Shown here: in pieces, positions 60,001-64,000 of the stretch | Layout of the letters: each line of letters opens with the position of its first letter | Position numbering within the stretch: position 1 is the stretch's first letter | Assembly (NCBI GenBank): GCA_949358305.1 | Contig: OX442314.1 | Span: 2,418,001-2,482,000, forward strand | Origin: Strigamia acuminata | Lineage: Eukaryota | DNA length: 64,000 bases | Reading direction: 5' to 3' | Translations under genes and position numbers: made by a program | The notes under the pieces: generated by a model | The model's database searches: none | Told to the model about the DNA's origin: nothing | What the model saw: only the letters and a program-made list of their open reading frames with translations

Positions 60001-63000
60001 TTTTTTCCTCAGTTTTCGTATGAAAAATCGATGTTTTTCTCAGTTTTCGTACGAAAAATGGAGTTTTTCTTCAGATTTTATACGAAAAATCAATTTTCCT
60101 TCCGATTTTGTGCGAAAAATAGATTTATTGTATTTAAATGTTTATATTTACTCGAGCAGTTCGGTCGTCCGCGAGTTCTCGTTCCCGGAAATTCTACGCC
60201 CGAATCGTCCACGCACCAACACGTATCATTCGCGCACTGCACGCTCTCAAACTGACCGTCATCAGCCCGACAGGACGGAACAAAGAGTTTTCCAACGGCT
60301 CGCATGTGCTCGCAGCCGGTTCTGTTGACACGATCAACGCAGCTCAGTCCGCACCCATTGGAGCAGCACTTTCGCTCCCCCTCGCAGTCGTAGTCAGATT
60401 TGCACTCCAACTCACAATTTTCTATCGAAGGGACCACCAAATACGGACACTGGCCGCGTTTTCCGGACGAACCTAACAAAAAACAAAAGAAATATTTAAA
60501 AATCGATTATAAACAAAAAAATCGATGAAAAACGAGAAAAAAATCGATAAAAATCAATTAAAAACGAAAAAATATTGATTAAGAAACAAAAAAAACGATA
60601 AAAATCGATAAAAATCGATTAAAAACAAAAAATTTGATGAAAAACGAGAAAAAAATCAAGAAAAATCAATTAAAAACGAAAAAAATCGATTAAAAACGAA
60701 AAAAATCGATTAGAAACAAAAAAAATCGATCAAAAACGAAATAAATAAAAAAAAATCGAAAGAAAACGAAAAAAATCGAAAAAAACAAAAAAAAAATCGA
60801 TTTAAAAAAATCGATTAAAAATTAAAAAAATTGATTAAGAAACAAAAAAATCGATAAAAATCGAATAAAAACAAAATAATTGATTAAAATCGAAAAAAAA
60901 CGAAAAAAATCGAAAAAAACAAAAAAAAATCGATTGAAAATTAAAAAAGTCGATTAGAAACAAAAAAAAATCGATCAAAAACGAAATAAATAAAAAAAAA
61001 TCGATAAAAATCGACATTACCTGCGGGGTCACGGCACACGTGAGCGCCGCAGCCGTTCAGACAGCACTTCTGCGGACCCGGACAGTCGGAATCGTTCTTG
61101 CACTCCTCGGCACACGACCCGATTTCGTCGTCGCGGACCGCCGGACAAGCGCCGGATTTAGCCGGCCCATCCAGATTAACGACGCACGAGTTCTCGCAGT
61201 CGTCTCGCGTGATGAAATTGTTCAAATTCCCTCCGCAGCCCCCGTAAACGAACGATTCGCACCGACTCGTGTCCGAATTGTAGAACCAGCGTTCCAGCAG
61301 TCCGTCGCACGACCCGCCACGTCTGGGCAAACGGCAAACGTCGTCTTCCGGTTCGGAGCAGCAGATTCCCGAAAAACAGGAAAAGTTTGGCGGACATTCG
61401 GTGCGCATGTCGCAGGCGAACGTTTCGTTCGTGCCGGGATCGATGGCGGCGTCGCCCGACGGACAATCGGTCGACATCGACTTGTCTTTGTCGACGCATT
61501 GGGGCACGGGGGGGCAGAATCCGCCGCTGCACGACAGTTCCACTTCCAACATTTGGCACGTCTTGGTCTCGGGGCAGCGAATCACCTGAAAAATGTGGAA
61601 AATGTGAAAAATGCGACGAGAAATTGACGGGTTTGACTCACGTCACACGGGTTGCGACATTCGCAAATCGGACAGCTGTTTTCGTCGCGAACGAAGCCGT
61701 AGTCGCAGCCCAAGCGACACATGAGGCCCATGCACGTCTCGCGCGGTTGAGCTGGAATGATTTTCAATTAATGAAATGGAATTGAAAAAATCGTGAAGAA
61801 TGGTGAAAAAGTTACGAGAAATTGGAAAAATTGGAATATTCTCGAAAATAAAGTCGAAAATTCATTATAAAATTCGAAGAAGTTAGAAAATGTCTGAAAA
61901 AGTTCGAAGAAAGTGAAATAGTGTAAAAAAAAGTTCGAAAAATGTCTGAAAAAGTTCGAAAAAAGTGTGAAAAAGTTCGGAAAGTGCGAAAAAGTTCGAA
62001 AAAAGTTCGAAGAAAGTGAAAAAGTTCGAAAAAAGTTCGAAGAAAATGTGAAAAAGTTCGAAAACAATTCGAAAAAAGTTCGAAAACAATTCGAAAAAAG
62101 TTCGAAAACAATTCGAAAAAAGTTTGAAAAAAGTGAAAAAGTTCGAAAAGTTCGAAAAATGTGTAAAAAAGTTCGAAAGAAGTTTGAAAAAGTTCGAAAA
62201 AAGTTTGAAAAAGTGAAAAAGTTCGAAAAAAAGTGTGAAAAAGTTCGAAAAAAGTGTGAAAAAGTTCGAAAAAAGTGTGAAAAACTTCGAAAAAAGTGTG
62301 AAAAACTTCGAAAAAAGTGTGAAAAACTTCGAAAAAAGTGTGAAAAACTTCGAATTACCAGTCGTGCAGTCCACGATTTGTTTGTCAGAGCCCCTTGTTG
62401 CGGCCAACTCAACTCCAAACTCATCCACGCACCAGCAATCGCCTTCCGCGCACTGGATCGGCTCGAACAGACCGTCTTTGGCGCACTGTGGCGCCGGGTA
62501 AGCCAAATTCCGCGACAGAGGCGAATCCACCACACTCAGCGCATACGCTCGCAGATATTCGCACACTAAATAAACAAAAAAAATATATATCGACACCAAA
62601 AAATTATTTAATTCGAATTAATTTACTGGTGGGGAGATGAGTGGGCGGACGAAGTGGCCTGACGCATCCGGACCCACAAGTGTGCGGACAACACTTCTCA
62701 TCTTCACGACAATCGTCATCTCGCACGCACGTCGTGCTGTCGTTGACGCACACGTCCGATCGCGGACATATCCCCGGCTTCTGCGTCTTCTCAACGCTCG
62801 ATTTACACTCGGGAATCGACGGACAGAACGTCCCGATGCAAGTCTCGCTGTACGACGTGATGCACTGCTCGCCAGCCGGACACGAAAAACCCTAAAAGAA
62901 AAATATATTTAAAAAAAAAATAATTTTATTTTTTATTTTTCTGATTCTCACGTCACAGGGGTCCGCGCAGTCGCAGGTCGGACACCCCTTGAAGTCCAAC

Positions 63001-64000
63001 TTGGTGCCGTACTCGCAGAACGTGTGACACATGGTTTCGTCGCAGTCGGACGTCAACATCGTATGCGCCACGACGAGCACGTCGACGCACGAAACGTTCT
63101 CCGCGGGTCCCATCGTCCTCGGTAATTTATTTCCTCGCAAATCCACGCACCAACACACCAGTCCGTTGCGACTGCACTGTTTCGCCTTGAAATCCCCGAC
63201 ATCGTCGCACTCGGGCACGTACCCGCGATCGCTCTTCTCGTTCCGCGACAAAAGTTCCGCCAACAACCGCTGCTGTTCGCACGCTAAAAACGCAAAACAA
63301 ATCAACAATCGTACAAATATTGACGTGCGTTCAATTTCAAATCGAATTTCAAACCGATTCCCTCGATTCCCCTCATTTCTCTAACGGAAATGACGTAAAA
63401 CGCGTCATGTTTCTCTCTGCGCATCCCATTCTGCGCAGACGATTTTCTAATAACAACTTAGCAGTATTAAGCCTAATATTAGGCCTAATAATGCTAAAAT
63501 AAAGAAAAAATGCTAAAATAGAGTAATTTACAGCATAGTACCAAAATATTTTTATTTATTTACCTCATTTTTAGCATTATTAGGCCTAATGATAGGCTTA
63601 ATGCTGCTAGAAAATCGTCTGCGCAGAACGGGATGCGCAGAATGGAATGCGCAGAATGAGATGCGCAGTATCAAGAGTACTTGATTTCGGTTGTTGACAA
63701 TTTCAAATTGAATGCACCTGATAAAATTGCTCAATTATTATACCGGTGCTGTTTGACGGCACGCAGTGCGTTCCGCAGTCGTTCGAGGAACAGCACTTGA
63801 GCAGCCCCATGCAACTCGAATCGTCCGCGCATTTATCGCCGCATTCCATCGTCGTGGCGACGTCGGGGCATTTGCCCGGTTTCTCTATCTTGTCCAATGC
63901 GGGACAACACGCGCCGTAGTCCATGTTTTCCTGCACGATACACGCGAAAAACGGCGGACATTGCGGTTTATTCGCTTCGGTGCCGCACAAAAACGGTTGC
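51067..64000 (-). CDS. Large single-pass membrane multi-domain protease-inhibitor-like protein (thyroglobulin type-1, Kunitz, WAP, antistasin-like, Cys-rich repeats); 5' end outside window
   Basis: Many exons with CWCV thyroglobulin motifs, four Kunitz domains (F.YGGCGGN.NNF), WAP (KPGKCP..C..D..C...KCC) and antistasin-like C..GF..D..GCP.C.C. There is a TM segment at ~52290-52208 and a cytoplasmic exon at 51259-51067. Confidence 0.88.
51600..51990. repeat. Intronic 31-bp tandem repeat AAAATCATGAGAAAACACACATAAAAACGTC
   Basis: About 12 copies. Confidence 0.92.
52640..53945. repeat. Intronic 21-bp array grading into 20-bp subunits with a 120-bp higher-order repeat
   Basis: AAAAATTTAAGATTTTTATGT, then GCAAAAATCTGTGATTTTAT variants. 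The blocks starting at 53581, 53701 and 53821 are identical. Confidence 0.95.
55165..55480. repeat. Intronic 31-bp tandem repeat TTAGACGCTTTTTGATGGATTTTTAATCGTT
   Basis: About 10 copies. Confidence 0.93.
56844..57368. mobile_element. PIF/Harbinger-like MITE
   Basis: TIR AGGTGCGTTCGATCTTAAATGGATTTC / GAAATCCATTTAAGATTGAACGCACCT (26/27). Confidence 0.8.
57783..57925 (-). other. Structured dispersed element, copy 2 (compact core)
   Basis: The reverse complement shares ordered motifs with 9990-10383. Confidence 0.55.
58085..58572. mobile_element. MITE with perfect 28-bp TIRs
   Basis: AGAGTTTGCGGGATGCATTTTTCCCTTA (58085-58112) is inverted at 58545-58572. Confidence 0.85.
58594..58719. mobile_element. 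Tiny CACTA/CMC-like MITE
   Basis: TIR CACTGCTTGAAATTTCATATTTACTT is perfectly inverted, with TTA on both flanks. Confidence 0.8.
59430..60120. repeat. Intronic ~31-33-bp tandem repeat TTTTCCTCAGTTTTCGTACGAAAAA..
   Basis: Degenerate array with the palindromic core TTTTCGTACGAAAA. Confidence 0.88.
60500..61015. repeat. Intronic degenerate ~10/21-bp A-tract repeat (AAAAATCGATT)
   Basis: Periodic A-tracts separated by TCGAT/CG. Confidence 0.8.
61870..62355. repeat. Intronic ~10/21-bp tandem repeat GAAAAAAGTGTGAAAAACTTC
   Basis: Tandem array. It gives spurious FE/KK-rich ORFs. Confidence 0.9.
63324..63718. mobile_element. PIF/Harbinger-like MITE containing a ~220-bp palindrome
   Basis: TIR GTGCGTTCAATTTCAAAT / ATTTCAAATTGAATGCAC with TGA on both flanks. 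Inner arms at 63417-63500 pair with 63567-63640. Confidence 0.75.

Noticed and set aside
61768..62599. Long repetitive ORFs over satellites (also 22751-23344, 28413-28683, 35095-36030, 37996-38473, 45071-45440, 52831-53901, 59596-60255)
   Set aside because: These are translations of intronic tandem repeats and are open on several frames and strands.

Overview
Gene-dense eukaryotic (animal, probably arthropod) genomic DNA with GC-rich exons and short AT-rich introns. I assembled exon chains by hand for about 13 protein-coding genes. In order: a radial spoke head RSPH4/6 homolog (partial, with an internal frameshifting lesion), FUT8, a small unknown Pro/Tyr/Arg-rich protein, PP1-beta, a TWIK-type K2P channel with two alternative M1-cap first exons, ISCA2, PPP1R21, TMEM223, FoxN2/3, lamin B receptor, Ena/VASP, SRP9, a galectin with an unusual C-terminal tail, and a large membrane-anchored Kunitz/WAP/thyroglobulin/antistasin protein (partial). 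Almost every longer intron holds its own tandem array, with unit lengths clustering at about 11, 20-21, 30-31 and 51 bp, and many hold non-autonomous DNA transposons (hAT-, Tc1-, Harbinger-, CACTA- and Mutator-like). The most notable observations are the helically phased intronic satellites, a dispersed element with an apparently conserved RNA fold (~10.0-10.4 kb and ~57.8-57.9 kb), the duplicated K2P first exon, and the hairpin-marked lesion in RSPH4/6. No database searches were run. Gene names come from recognised motifs, and exon boundaries are manual predictions.
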